From NCBI RefSeq assembly GCF_032191835.1, contig NC_083234.1, positions 59,892,001 to 59,956,000 of the forward strand: a stretch of 64,000 nt of DNA. Direction: 5' to 3'. The DNA is from Heteronotia binoei. Lineage: Eukaryota. The position numbers were made by a program, and so were the translations under genes. Below, in pieces: positions 45,869 through 58,801 of this stretch (the first letter of the stretch is position 1; each line of letters starts with the position of its first letter). The notes beneath the pieces were generated by a model. It had not been told where the DNA came from. It did not search any database and saw only the letters and a program-made list of their open reading frames with translations.

Positions 45869-46689
45869 CTCAGGCTCTCTGTTATCTTCTTGAAAGAATA
45901 TTTAGCAGCTGCTTTGCACCTGGATGGGAAAGAACACCCAAAATGGAGTAGGTGAGCTAACGTTGGCATTGAGTTTGACATTGAGTAGATGGCCTTACAG
46001 AATCTTGTTTTTTGAGAACAAAATGGTCAGGGCTGAAAATTAACATTGAGGAGAGGAGGATTATGTACCTCCAGAGCTCTTTGGAAGAAAGAACTGTAAT
46101 AGTCAGTAAACTCAATATTGATCAGACAAACATTAGTGCTTTCCACATGAGTTGTCTGCCCCAAGTTCAATGCTTTTGGGAAGCAGCATTTTTTTCTACC
46201 CCACAGCATCACGATGCATTTATGTACCTCTAGAATTTCCCCAGCTTTTCTCCAGTCTTTCTCAAACCTACTTTGCTCTGAAGTTGTTGAACCTGTCCAC
46301 ATGGCAGCCATTTCCTCTGCCTACCAGGTGGGGCCTGGAGATCTCCTGGTGATACAATTGATCTTCAGATGACAGAGATCAGTTTCCCCAGAGAAAATGC
46401 CTGCTTTGGAGGGTGGGCTCTATGGCATTATACTCCATGAAGTCTCTTCCCTCCTCAAACTCCACCCTCCCCAAAGTCCACCCCAAAATATCTAGGAATT
46501 TCCCAACCCAGAGCTGCCAACCCAAGCAACATTCTCAGAATTCCTGGTTTTCAATTTTTTTTTTTTTAAAGTAAGTCTCTAGCTGCCTCCTGCTGCTTGT
46601 GGAAAAACAAAGAAAACGGCAAATCTCTGCAAGGGAAAGGGGCGGCCAAACTTCCTTAACATAAGACCCACATAGAATGAACATCAGAT

Positions 46690-47035
46690 GTTCCAGAAAC
46701 GATGTGAGCCCTGCGGGACCTGAATCAATTCCGCAGGGCTTGCAAAACCTATCTTTTCCAGCTGGCTTTTGAGATAGAACCTGGCTAAATTGAAATTAGA
46801 ATTGACCTGTAACCATCTAGCCATCTTATGTTTGATTGTAATTTTATAGCACCTTATAACATCTGTTTTTTATTTATTTTAACTAATTTGTGTATTTGAA
46901 CTGTATTTTAAAATTCGTGTTTACATTGTATTGTATTTTATGTAAATCATGGTTTCCATGTCTGTGAGCCGCCCTGAGCCCGCCTTTGGCGGGGGAGGGC
47001 GGGATATAAAAATAAATTTGACTTGACTTGACTTG
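46690..47035 (+). mobile_element. L2 LINE 3' end with (ttgac)n tail
   Basis: gcagggcttgcaaaacctatcttttccagc and tgtgagccgccctgagccc...aataaa. Confidence 0.78.
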
Positions 47036-50000
47036 AGATGTTTAAGAGCCACAAGACATTATTATCATGAATGTCAGATGTGTGTGAGAGCCACAAGAGA
47101 GGAAGGAAGGAAAGAAGGAAGGAAGTTGGTAGTTGGTGATTCGATCCTTAGGCAAGTAGACAGCTGGGTGGCAAAACCGCATACTGACCATATGGTGACT
47201 TGCCTGCCTGGTGCGAAGGTAGTGGACATTACGCATGTTGTAGATAGGCTGATAGACAGTGCTGGGGAGGAGCCAGTGGTCATGGTGCATGTTGGCACCA
47301 ACGATGTGGAGAAATGCAGTCGTGAGGTCCTGGAGGAAAAATTTCTCCTGCTAGGCAGGAGACTTAAGGCCAGGACCTCCAAGGTAGCCTTCTCAGAAGT
47401 GCTACCTGTTCCACGTGCAGGGCTGGAGAGACATGCACAAATTAGAAGTCTCAATGTGTGGATGAGACGATAGTGTAGGGAGGAAGGGTTTAAGTTTGTT
47501 AGGCACTGGGATGCTTTCTGGAACAAGTGGGAGCTGTACAAAAGAGATGGTCTTCACTTGTCCCCAGATGGAACCAAGCTGCTGGCGCTTAAAATCAAAA
47601 AGGTGGCAGAGCAGTTTTTAAACTAAATCTTGGGGGAAAGCCGACGGAGATGAAATGTCTCTTGTTCGGGAGGACTCATCTCAAAGAGATGAAGGGTTAG
47701 CTGTTACTTTTCGGGTAATGGATCAGAGTTGTCCACTGAGATGGTGACAAACAGTATGGAGTGTCTGCCAAAGTCTCGAGGCAGCAGGAGGAAGGTTGCG
47801 GGCCTAACTTGCCTGGGAAATTATAGATGTTTGTATACAAATGCTAGAAGTGTTCGAAGTAAAATTGGTGAGTTGGAATGTTTAGTGTTGGGGGAAAACA
47901 TAGACACTGTGGGAATTTCAGAAACTTGGTGGAATGAGGAGAATCAGTGGGACGTGGTGATTCCTGGATATAAGTTATATCGGAAGGATAGGGAGGGAAG
48001 GGTTGGAGGTGGGGTGGCTCTGTATGTCAGAGAGGGTATACAGTCCAGTAAGACTGAGGTCAAAGAATTAGATTCCCTTCTAGAAATGCTTTGGGTCGAA
48101 ATAGAGGGTCCAAAAGAAAATTTAACTATGAGAGTTTGTTATCGCCCACCAAATCAAAAGATAGAGGATGATCATAATATGATGGAAGGATTAAAGATAG
48201 CGGCTAAACGTAAAAACTGTGTCGTAATAGGTGATTTTAACTACCCGCAGATTGATGTGTTCAGGTCGAGAGACAGAGATTGAGTTTTTAAATGTTCTCA
48301 ATGACTGTGCTATGGAGCAGATGGTCACATAACCTACCAGGGGTGGGGCAATCCTGGATTTGGTCCTAAATTATGCCCAAGACTTGGTGAGAAATGTAAA
48401 AGTGATTGCACCGCTTGGGAGTGGTGACCATAACATTATTGATTTCACCATTTGTATAAATAGGGAGTTGCCCCAAAAGACCAACACAACCACTTTTAAC
48501 TTTAAAAGAGGTAAATTCTCTGAGATGAGGAGGCATGTGAAGAGGAAACTGAAAGGAAAGATAAATAAAGTCAAAACCCTTGGGGAAGCTTGGAGGCTAT
48601 TTAAAACTACAATCCTAGAAGCTCAGATAAAACATATACCACAAGTTAGGAAAGGCACAAACAGGTATAAGAAAAGGCCTGCATGATTAACTAACAAAGT
48701 AATGGAAGCTGTAAAAGGAAAGAAGGACTCCTTTAAGCGGTGGAAAGCTAGTCCAAGTGAGATTAATGAAAGGGAACACAGGCTGTGGCAAATCAAATGC
48801 AAGACTGTGATCAGGCAGGCAAAAAGGGACTATGAGGAGCATATTGCAAAAAACATAAAGACCAACAATAAAAATTTCTTCAAATATATTAGAAGCAGGA
48901 AACCAGCCAGGGAGGCAGCGGGGCCCTTGGATGACCAAGGGGTAAAAGGATTACTGAAGGAGGATAGGGAAATGGCTGAGAAGCTGAATGCATTTTTTCC
49001 CTCAGTCTTCACTGTGGAAGATGAGAAGTGTTTGCCTGCTCCAGAACCACTAATTTTGGAAGGGGTGTTGAAAGACCTGAGTCAGATTGAGGTGACAAAA
49101 GAGGAGGTCCTACAACTGATTGACGAATTAAAAACTAATAAGTCACCAGGTCCGGATGGCATACATCCAAGAGTTCTGAAAGAACTCAAAGATGAACTTG
49201 TGGATCTCCTGACAAAAATATGTAATCTTTAATTGAAATCTGCCTCCGTTCCTGAGGACTGGAAGGTAGCAAATGTCACCCGCATCTTTAAAAAGGGTTC
49301 CAGAGGAGATCCGGGAAATTACAGGCCAGTCAGTCTGACTTCAATACCAGGAAAGTTGGTAGAAAGCATTATCAAGGACAGAATGAGTAGGCACGTTGAA
49401 GAACACAAGTTATTGAGGAATACTCAGCATGGGTTCTGTAAGGGAAGATCTTGCCTCGCTAACCTGTTACAGTTCTTTGAGGGGGTGAACAGACATGTGG
49501 ACAAAGGGGACCCAATAGATGTTTACCTTGACTTCCAGAAAGCTTTTGATAAAGTTCCTCATCAAAGGCTCCTTAGTAAGCTCGAGAGTCATGGAGTAAA
49601 AGGACAGGTCCTCTTGCTGATCAAAAACTGGCTAATTAATAGGAAGCAGAGAGTGGGTATAAATGGGCAGTCTTCGCAGTGGAGGACAGCAAGCAGTGAG
49701 GTGCCACAGGGCTCAGTACTGGGTCCCATGCTCTTTAACTTGTTCATTAATGATCTGGAGTTGGGAGTAAGCAGTGAAGTGGCCAAGTTTGCAGATGACA
49801 CTCAATTGTTCAGGGTGGTGAGAACCAGAGAGGATTGTGAGGCACTCCAAAGGGATCTGTTGAGAGGCTGGGTGAGTGGGCATCAACGTGGCAGATGAGG
49901 TTCAATGTGGCCAAGTGCAAAGTAATGCGCATTGGGGCCAAGAATACCAGCTACAAATACAAGTTGATGGAGTGTGAACTGGCAGAGACTGACCAAGAGA

Positions 50001-50700
50001 GAGATCTTGGGGTTGTGGTAGATAACTCACTGAAAATGTCAAGACAGTGTGTGATTGCAATAAAGAAGGCCAACGCCATGCTGGGAATTATTAGGAAGGG
50101 AATTGAAAACAAATCAGCCAGTATCATAATGCCCCTGTATAAATCGAAGGTGCGGTCTCATTTGGAATAGTGTGTACAATTCTGGTCACCGCACCTCAAA
50201 AAGGATATTATAGCATTGGAAAAAGTGCAGAAAAGGGCAACTAGAATGATTAGAGGTTTGGAACACTTTCCCTATTAAGAAAGGTTAAAACGCTTGGGGC
50301 TGTTTAGCTTGGAGAAACGTCGACTGCGAAGTGACATGATAGAGGTTTACAAGATTATGCATGGGATGAATCGTGGGCATTCAATTAAATTGCTGAGCAG
50401 TCAGGTTAAAATAGATAAAAGGAAGTACTTCTTCACCCAAAGGGTGATTAACATGTGAAATTCACTGCCACAGGAGATGGTGGAGGCTACAAGCATAGGC
50501 AGCTTTAAGAGGGGATTGGATAAAAATATGGAGCACAGGTCCATCAGTGGCTATTAGCCACAGCATATATATATATATATGTGTGTGTGTGTGTATGTGT
50601 TTGTGTGTATACACACATATATTGGCCACTGCGTGACACAGAGTGTTGGACTGGATGGGCCATTGGCCTGATCCAACATGGCTTCTCTTATGTTCTTATG
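47035..50700 (+). mobile_element. Near full-length, inactivated CR1 LINE (ORF1 SGNH esterase, ORF2 APE-RT)
   Basis: VVGDSIL..HVGTND (ORF1); LYTNARS, GISETWW, GDFNYP, LDFQKAFDKVPH, KFADDT; several stops and frameshifts; ends cttatgttcttatg. Confidence 0.95.
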
Positions 50701-51186
50701 AAGGGAAGGAGGGAGGGAGGGAAATAGGAGGGAGAAGTTGAAAGAAAGCAACTTTAAAAGCATTCTCCATGCTGCTGGCTGGCTTGGCTTGGAGAAGTGA
50801 TTTCAAGAGAGAAATGCCTTCTCCAGGTTGGCTTACAGGGTAATTGGGGCTTCAAGAGCCACAAAATATATGTGAAAGAGCCACATGTGGCTCCTGAGCC
50901 ACAGTTTGGCCATCCCTTGATTAGACTGTCTTTTTTTTAATTAATGAAAGCTATGAATTTAGAGAAACTGTTGCACCTATGTTACAATGGTAAATTGATA
51001 TACCCATCTTTTTGTACTGACTTTTTTATTGCAAAAGCCTTGTTGACTCAGTGAAGAGTCTGGCTACTTCTGGGGGTTTGGGGCATGGAAACTGGCCATG
51101 TGGAAGCCCTGTCGCTTCAGTACTTAATCTGTAGCCTCACCTGCAACTGGAAAAGCACAAAATCCTCTCCCTGTATCGTAGTGGAC

Positions 51187-51455
51187 GAAGAGGAGGAGAT
51201 TGGATTTATACCCACCCTTGACTCGCAGTCTCAGAGCAGTTTACAATCTGCTTCCCTTCCTCTCCCCACAACAGACACCCTATGAGATAGGTGGGACTGA
51301 GAGAGCTTTTTCAACTGCTGTTGAGAGAACAGCTCTGAGAGAACTGTGTCTGACCCAAGGCCACCCAGCTGGCTGTATGTGGAGGAGTGGGGAATCAAAC
51401 CTAGTTCTCTGGATTAGAGCCCACTGCTCTTCACCACTACACCCAACTGGCTCCC
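51187..51455 (-). mobile_element. tRNA-derived SINE (older subfamily)
   Basis: Reverse complement of the gagccagttg(g)gtgtagtgg family. Confidence 0.8.
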
Positions 51456-52138
51456 CATCATTGAAGGCACCACTGTTGGCATACGAAGAAGGGCATGCGT
51501 TGCATTGTCAGGTGGGGACAGCCACAGATATATGGTTATGGGGAAAGCTGCCTGTGAAGAGGCTCCATCATTTCATCCTGGGCAATTGCAAGGCAAGTGA
51601 ACCTGGGCCGCGGTCAGACGTGCATTTATCTCCAACATAGCCATGGATGCCTGTCGGATTTAAAGTGCACATCCAGACAGAAAGAGCTGGGAATGGTCTG
51701 TGAGTCGCAGGCAACCCATCCTGCCCCGACTCAGTTTCACACATAAAGTCCGGTCCTAAATGCCTGATGATGGGCAACGGATGGATTTTCCCTGCCTGAT
51801 TGCTCCAGCATTATCAAACTGTTGCAATTTGCATCCCTGGATCAGCGCCATTTATTTTAATCTCAGTGATATGCACATAACCACTTAATCGGTGAAAGGC
51901 GGCAGGGGCCCACAGGGGTCTTAAGGCAGTGATTCACAACCCAACTACATAAGTGAATGAATAGTTACCATATAATTCCAGATGTGACCTTTTATGGAAT
52001 TCAAGGAACAGGCGTTTACTTGGAATCCTGGGTTAACAACAGACTGATTACTTTTGAAGGTCTTAAATACATCTAAAAATATTTTCATCAATTCTAAAAG
52101 AACACAACAAAAGGACGCATTAAATATATAATGCTATC

Positions 52139-52281
52139 CAGGGCTTTTTGGGGTTGAAAAAGTCTAGCATATTAGGCCACACCCCCTGAGGTCACCATTG
52201 TTTTTAGAAAAAGCCCAGCAGGAGCCCAAACCCCTGACACCAAGCTAGCCAGAACTGTGTTCCTGATTTTAAAAAGCCCTG
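52139..52281. mobile_element. hAT-like MITE (CAGGGCTTTTT termini)
   Basis: cagggcttttt...aaaaagccctg; no matching TSD. Confidence 0.65.
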
Positions 52282-52282
52282 G

Positions 52283-53250
52283 GTTTTTAATTTCCCCAGT
52301 AGGTCTAGAACTTCATCTCTGGTCACTTCAATTTGGCCCAGTTCTTCAGGCTCCCTTCCTGAAAAAAGGGGCTGTGGCATGGGTACATGCCTTACACTTT
52401 CCACAGTGAACACAGAAGCAAAAAATGTCATTGAGCTGCTTTGCCATCACCTCAACTTTCTTTAGCAATCCCTTTATTCCTTTGTCATCCAAAGACCCCA
52501 CTGTTTCTCTGGCTGGATTCCTGCTCTCTCTCTCTCTAAATTATTGTTTGTCTTGAGGCCTTTAGCAACCTGCTGCTCAAAACCTGTTTTTGCATGCCTA
52601 ATTATTGACTTCCATTTCTTTGGCCAGGGCCTGTGGTCCCTGCTGTCCAATACATTGGGGCAGACCTTCCAGTTTTTAAAAGAAGCCTCTTTACTTTTTA
52701 AAATTTCCTTTTCTTGCATTGTTAGCCATGCAGGCCTTATTTTTAGACTTGGCAGTGCCGTTCCTAATCTGTGGAGTGCATTCTATTTGGACTTCAGACA
52801 GTGTGGTTTTAAATAGTATCCTCTAGGGATCTCACTCACTTGTGTTTCCCCTTCAGCTTCTTTTTTACTATTCCCTTCTTTTTTTGTAAGGTTCCCTCTT
52901 TTGAAATCAAATTTGACAGTTTTGGACTTTAGGAGTAAGTTTCCATTGACCGGAATGCTGAACTTAATAGCATTATGGTTATTGTTCCTAACTGGTACAA
53001 CAACTTCTGGATTTCTCATGAGGTCTTGAGACCCACTTAGAACCAAGTAGAAGATCACTACCCCTCTGGTTGGCTCTGTGACCAACTGTTCCAGCACACA
53101 GTCATATATGATATCTAGGAATCTCATTTCTACAACATGACTCAAGCACATGTTTACCCAGTCAATGCGGGTGTAGCTGAAATCTCCTAGTTTAACAACA
53201 TTATCTGCTTTAGGCACCTTCCTTATTTCCTTCTCCATCTCAAGATCAGC
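52283..53250 (-). mobile_element. Old CR1 internal fragment (APE end to RT start)
   Basis: LGDFSYTRIDW, LEQLVTEPTRG, AWLTMQ in broken frames. Confidence 0.85.
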
Positions 53251-53625
53251 CACAAGGGTTTGATTAGGTGGTTAATAGTTCACCCACACTTTTAGGTAAT
53301 CTGTAGGGCTCAGTATTTCTAAATGTATCTCTTCCTTCTGGGATTAATTCCCCATAAATTTTCACGAAAAAACATTAATAATTGCTAACAGTATTTGGTC
53401 TGGTTTTTTCTACATCAATATCATATCTTCCTGTGGTGATGTAAATGTTATTCAGGTTATTATGCTTCCTTATCCCCAAGACATTTTCTCTGGGTAAGAA
53501 AACCACCCCAGTGGCAAAATCAGTAGATTACTGGGGTTGGGATGTTGGTTTTTTAACCCTTTTTATTGATAGAAAGGTGGTAACAAGAAAAGTGGCTGTA
53601 CTTTGGGAGTGCATTACTAATGTAG

Positions 53626-54122
53626 TAGGGTTGCCAGGTCTGACTGAAGAAATATGTGGGGCTTTGTGGGGTGGAGACGGGGAGCAAGGGTTTGGCAAGC
53701 ATGACTGAACTCCAAAGGGAGTTCTGGCAATCACATTTAAAGGGGCCCACACACCTTCTAAATGCCTTCCTTCCATTCAGCAATAATGAAGAATAGGGGC
53801 AGCTTCTTTTGGGGCTCATAAATTGGACCCACTGGTCCAATCTTTTTTTAAACTTAGGGGGTGTTTTGGGGAGAGGCACTGGATACTATGCTGAAAATTT
53901 GGTGCCTCTACCTCAAAAAAATAGCACTCCCCCCCCCCTCAAGCCCCAGATACCAACAGATCAATTCTTCATTATACCCTAAGGGAATCAGTCTCCATGA
54001 AGTATAACGGAATGCCCAGCAAACATTTCCCTCCCCACCCCTGCTTTCTGATGACCCAGAAGTGGGGGGAGGGCCTCCAAACTGGGGGATCCCCTGCTAC
54101 CACCTGGGGATTAGCAATCCTA
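53626..54122 (-). mobile_element. hAT MITE family A
   Basis: TAGGGTTGCCA/tagcaatccta ends; perfect 8-bp TSD TAATGTAG. Confidence 0.92.
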
Positions 54123-54972
54123 TAATGTAGTGGTTCATTGTTTACTCACGTTAACATGATCCTGGGCATAGTTAGGCCTACAAGCTTCAGGGAAGCCTGT
54201 AGTAAAGTAGCTGCAGGGCCTACATGTCCCTTCTGTTCCTCTGATTGGATGGGCGGCAGTTTGGAGGGAAAATAGCCTGAAGGTGTGGGACCTGGGAGCA
54301 AAACATTAAAAGGCCAAGCTACAGATGGGGTTGTTCTCTGTAGAAAGGCTGAGCTGGAGGCAGGTTCCAGCCCCAGAGGGATGGAGGTTGAGTTGGTTTG
54401 AAATTAGAAGAAGGAAACATCTAGTTAGTCACATCAGGGCTTCTATTTCTTTGTACCAACCTTTACTGTTTTTTGTATTCACTGCTGCATTTTTACAAAC
54501 CTCTAATTGTTTTTGAGCACTTACAACAAACCTGTTGTTGTTACACAGTTAAAAGGTACTAGCTAATAAGATATAGGGGTCATGTGGGTGCTCTCGGCCC
54601 TCCCAGACAGACACTTACCAGAAAGCAGTGTTGCCAAGTCCCAACAATTTCCTATAGGGGGAATTTGGGGGCGTTCTGAATGGGGTGGGGCTGTCCTCAA
54701 TGCAATGACATCATGTAGAATGATGTCATCACTCTGGGGACACAGTGCCGTGCATGCATGCCCTCCCCAATTTCCAAGAGAGTGAGTGCCAAGCGCTGCT
54801 GTTCTTCCAAGCCCCAACTGATGCTTGGAAAGCGGAAGCAATCGGCTTCCGCTCTCTCTGAGAGAGCAGGCGCTAGGCGCACTTGCTTCACAAGTTGCAA
54901 ATTTGTGGCTGAGGAGGTAGGCGCACCCTGCACCCATGAGGCCACAGAGTACTATTGGAGGGCAAGTCTTTC

Positions 54973-55506
54973 TAGGGTTGCCAATCCCCAGGTGGGGGCA
55001 GGGGATCCCCCGGTTTGAAGGCCCTCCCCCTGCTTCAGGGTCGTCAGAAAGCGGGGGGAGGGGAGGGAAATGTCTGCTGGGAACTCTGTTATTCCCTATG
55101 GAGACTTATTCACATAGGAAATAATGGAGAATTGATCCGCGGGTATCTGGGGCTCTGGGGCGGCTGTTTTTTGAGGTAGAAGCACCAAATTTTCAGTACA
55201 GCATCTAGTGCCTCTCCCCAAAATATTCCCCAAGTTTCAAAACGATTGGACCAGGGGGGGGGGGCAATTCTATGAGCCCCAAAAGAAGGTGTCCCTATCT
55301 TTCATTATTTCCTATGGAAGGAAGGCATTGAAAAGGTGTGCCGCCCCTTTAAGTGTGATGGCCAGAACTCCCTTTGGAGTTCAGTTAGGCTTGTCACACC
55401 CTTGTTCCTGGCTCCGCCCCTAATGTCTCCTGGCTCCACCCCCAAAGTCTCCTGGCTCCACCCCCAAAATCCCCAGATATTTCTTAAATTGGACTTGGCA
55501 ACCCTA
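54973..55506 (+). mobile_element. hAT MITE family A
   Basis: Perfect TIRs TAGGGTTGCCA; perfect 8-bp TSD AGTCTTTC. Appears nested in an older related element (~54628-55597). Confidence 0.94.
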
Positions 55507-56605
55507 AGTCTTTCCCTGCCGGGCAGCTGGCTTAGGATGGGAAGGAGCCCCCCAAATTGGGGGAAAACCCAGCCAGACCTGGAGGCTGGCAGCCCTACCA
55601 GAGAGCTGGCAATCAGTAGAGGCCCTCCCTGGTCCCCTGCTGCGTGACAAATGTAAAGGTGACAGTGTTGCAAGAAGAAAACATCTTAGCACCATTTCTG
55701 TCAAAAATGTGCAACCAGGATTAAAATTCACTCCAGAGCAAGGATATGTTTTAATGCCTATGATTAGTGGGTCAACATGTATTTTGCTGTTACTTTCATT
55801 GTTATTAGTAGCTGAGTTTTGTTATGAACAGTTCATAACCATTTCTGTAGCCTGTATTTGGCATTTCTGTGGCCTGTATTTGGCATCCCACACCGCTAGT
55901 GATGAGTTTTATTTCTGTTTGCATACGTTTAACTTTTTTGTCAATGGTTTCCATTGCTCAACATTCACCATTTTGTGAACACATTTGCATTGTATTTACA
56001 TATTCTGTTCTTAAAATATGCATCTTATATGGTATTTATAAAATGTTGATTGTGCAGATGCACAAGATATACACAACTTGGGTTTATGAATGCACCAAAA
56101 CTGCTTGGCAAATGCATATACATTACAGAAAAGTTCAGAATGAGGAAACAGAAAATGGCACCGCAATAAGAATGACTAGTCACTTTCTTTCATGCCCTGA
56201 TAAATGCTGATTGCCACTTTGGGGTTGGTCATCATTTAAGTTACAGGTAAATGTTTGGCAAGGGATCCTGGAGGTTTTTGCCATCTTCAGGGCATGGAGC
56301 AGGGGATGTGGGGAGGGGGTGGTGGTGGAGGTATTTGAGAAGTTCCTGCACTATGCCAGGGGGTTGGACTAGATGACCCTGGAGGTCCCTTCCAACGTTA
56401 TGATTCTGTGATTCTCAAAACCAAAACAGAGGGTTTTGATTAAAACAGCAGGGATGAGAGTTTTGAAATTATCTCTAAGACAAGCATGCATTCTAAGCAT
56501 GGATTTTTTTCTGGCAAAAGAGGTGTGGGAGCTTTCAAGAGGGAAATGAGGGAGAAACACACAGAATTATTTAAAATGACATTATTTTCATGAACTGCAG
56601 ACTTT

Positions 56606-56888
56606 TATTGTTGTTCAGTTGCACAGTCGAGTCCGACTCTTTGTGACCCCATGGACAAAGTCACCCCAGGCCCTCCTGTCTTCCACAGTCCTCTGAAGTC
56701 TGCTCAAATCCGTGTTAGTTACATCAGTAACACTGTCCAGCCATCTCATCTTTTGCCATCCCCATCTTCTTTTGCCTCTGTCTTTCCCAGCATCAGGGTC
56801 TTCTCCAGTGAGTGCTCCCTTCTCATTTGGTGACCAAAGTATTTGAGCTTCAGCTTCAGCATCTGACCTTCTAGGGAACAGTCAGGGA
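56606..56888 (-). mobile_element. BovB (RTE) LINE 3' fragment
   Basis: SLEGQMLKLKLKYFGHQMRREHSLEKTLMLGK and gagtcggactcgactgtgcaactgaacaacaa tail. Confidence 0.9.
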
Positions 56889-57714
56889 GTTTAAAACAGT
56901 TTCCAAACATCAGACATGTCACTAACTTCCTCTTTTCTTCTTTGGGTCTTGCTTTTGTTTTCTTACACTGAATGATGACTTGGAAGCAACCATGTTTTAA
57001 CATACTTTGTTGAGTCAAAGTTTGTTACAGGACAGGGGCATCCCCTCACTTAAATTTTACTTTCTAATTTTTATTTTAATATTTTATGGTATCACAAATG
57101 ACATCATGCTTCCCCCCCATGCCCCTCATGAACTTTTTATAATAATTTTGTTTCCACAAAGAGGTTCTGGAACTCCATTCTGCCACATTCCACCAGGAAA
57201 AAAAGCCCTGATTCTAAGTATGATGCAAAAGTGGTTTCTTTTCCTTGAAAACAAACACCTTGGAATGCAACTAATATGTGTTCAGATAACTTCTGTTGCA
57301 CTTTAGAACGTCTGTCTTGACCCTTTGGAAAGCAAGTTATAGAGTTCAAGTGCCTGTTTTGCCCTGATATCTAAAAAACTGTAGGTGGGCCATTCTCTCT
57401 GCTCCAGTCATTCATAGAGTGGCTTATGGAAATAAGATAAATGCATAAGCTGGTAGCACAACCGAAAACTTTCTCTACTGCATTGTGACTCAAAAAACAA
57501 AGTGAGTTGCTGCAATATGAAATCTGCCCTTCTCTTTCCGATCTGCCTCCATTCGGGGCCCAGGAGCAAAAAGCTAAAGGTACCTTGATTGCAATGGGGT
57601 GGTACTGGGTGATGTACACTGAAAAGTCTTAATGCAAAGACACCGCTGGGCAGACTATACCTATCTAGTGGCAGTGAGGCAGAGTGAGATATTTTATTTT
57701 GATTTATTTAAAAC

Positions 57715-58161
57715 TAGGGTTGCCAACCCCTGGTTGGGGACAGGGGATCCCCTGGCTTGGAGGCCCTCCCCCCACTTCAGGGTAATGGGGGAGGGAGGGA
57801 AATGTCTGCGGGACATTCCATTATACCCTATGAAGACCGCTTCCCATAGGATATAATGGAGAATTGATCCATGGATATCTGGGGCTCTGGGGGCTGCTTT
57901 TTTTAGGTAGAGGCACCAAATTTGCAGCATAGCATACAGTGCCTCTCCTCAAAACACCCCCCAAGTTTCAAAAATATTGGACCAGGGGGTTCAATTCTGT
58001 GAGCCCCCAAAGAAGGCACCCCTATCCTTCATTATTTCCAAATGGAGGGAAGGCATTTAAAAGGTGTGTGGTCCCTTTAAATGTGATGGCCAGAACTCCC
58101 TTCGGAGTTCAGTCATGCTTGTCAAACCCAGATATTTCTTGAGTCGGACTTGGCATCCCTA
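57715..58161 (+). mobile_element. hAT MITE family A
   Basis: TIRs plus perfect 8-bp TSD TTTAAAAC. Confidence 0.92.
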
Positions 58162-58521
58162 TTTAAAACACTTATATACTATGTTTCTGTCATCCTCAGG
58201 ATGGTTAAGATGCTTTGCTTAACAGAAGTCAGTGGCTGGTTCCATACAGCAGGTACCCCGGTCATGGCAACTGACAGTGACCACACAAACCTGTTCCCAA
58301 GTTGCTTGCCGGTGCTACTTCCACTCAAACTTCCTGGAACACCCCTCTTTTACCTCCTCACTTTCTCTTTCTTGGTTGAGATGTGCTGTAACACTACAGA
58401 GTAGCTTGGTAATGGAACCCAAAAAGCCTTGTAAAGGGAGGGATGGCCACATGCTATTTTAAAAGATGATCTAAACTCTTCCCCCTCATAGTGATAGCGA
58501 AAATGTCAGTAGACACATACA

Positions 58522-58773
58522 GACCGATTTCCCACCAGCCTTACCTCGCTCTCATTCTCCTCAGCGGATTTCACACCATCTGCTCTTCTTCTGTCGGATT
58601 TCACACTCTCTGCTTACTCCACCTATTTCGCGCAGCAAACAAGATCCTCTAAAAACCAGTTTCTGTTTGCCGTGCAAAAAAGGCGAAGCTAGTTGCAGAT
58701 AGTGTGAAATCCAAAGGCAGCCCTGTGGAGAAGAGGAGCATGACATTGGCATAAGGCTAGTGGGAAATCAGTC
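58522..58773. mobile_element. PIF/Harbinger-like MITE
   Basis: GACCGATTTCCCAC...GTGGGAAATCAGTC; 3-bp TSD ACA/ACA; family of 43346-43608. Confidence 0.8.
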
Positions 58774-58801
58774 ACAGTCTCTTGTAGATTTGCTCTTTGA
58801 G

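Noticed and set aside
47033-47630. Host SGNH esterase gene
   Set aside because: It is CR1 ORF1, directly upstream of APE-RT and interrupted by a stop.
52346-53599. Two independent CR1 insertions explaining the similarity to 59716-61003
   Set aside because: Identity extends past the CR1 homology into flanking sequence and both copies share the same disabling lesions, so this is a duplication.
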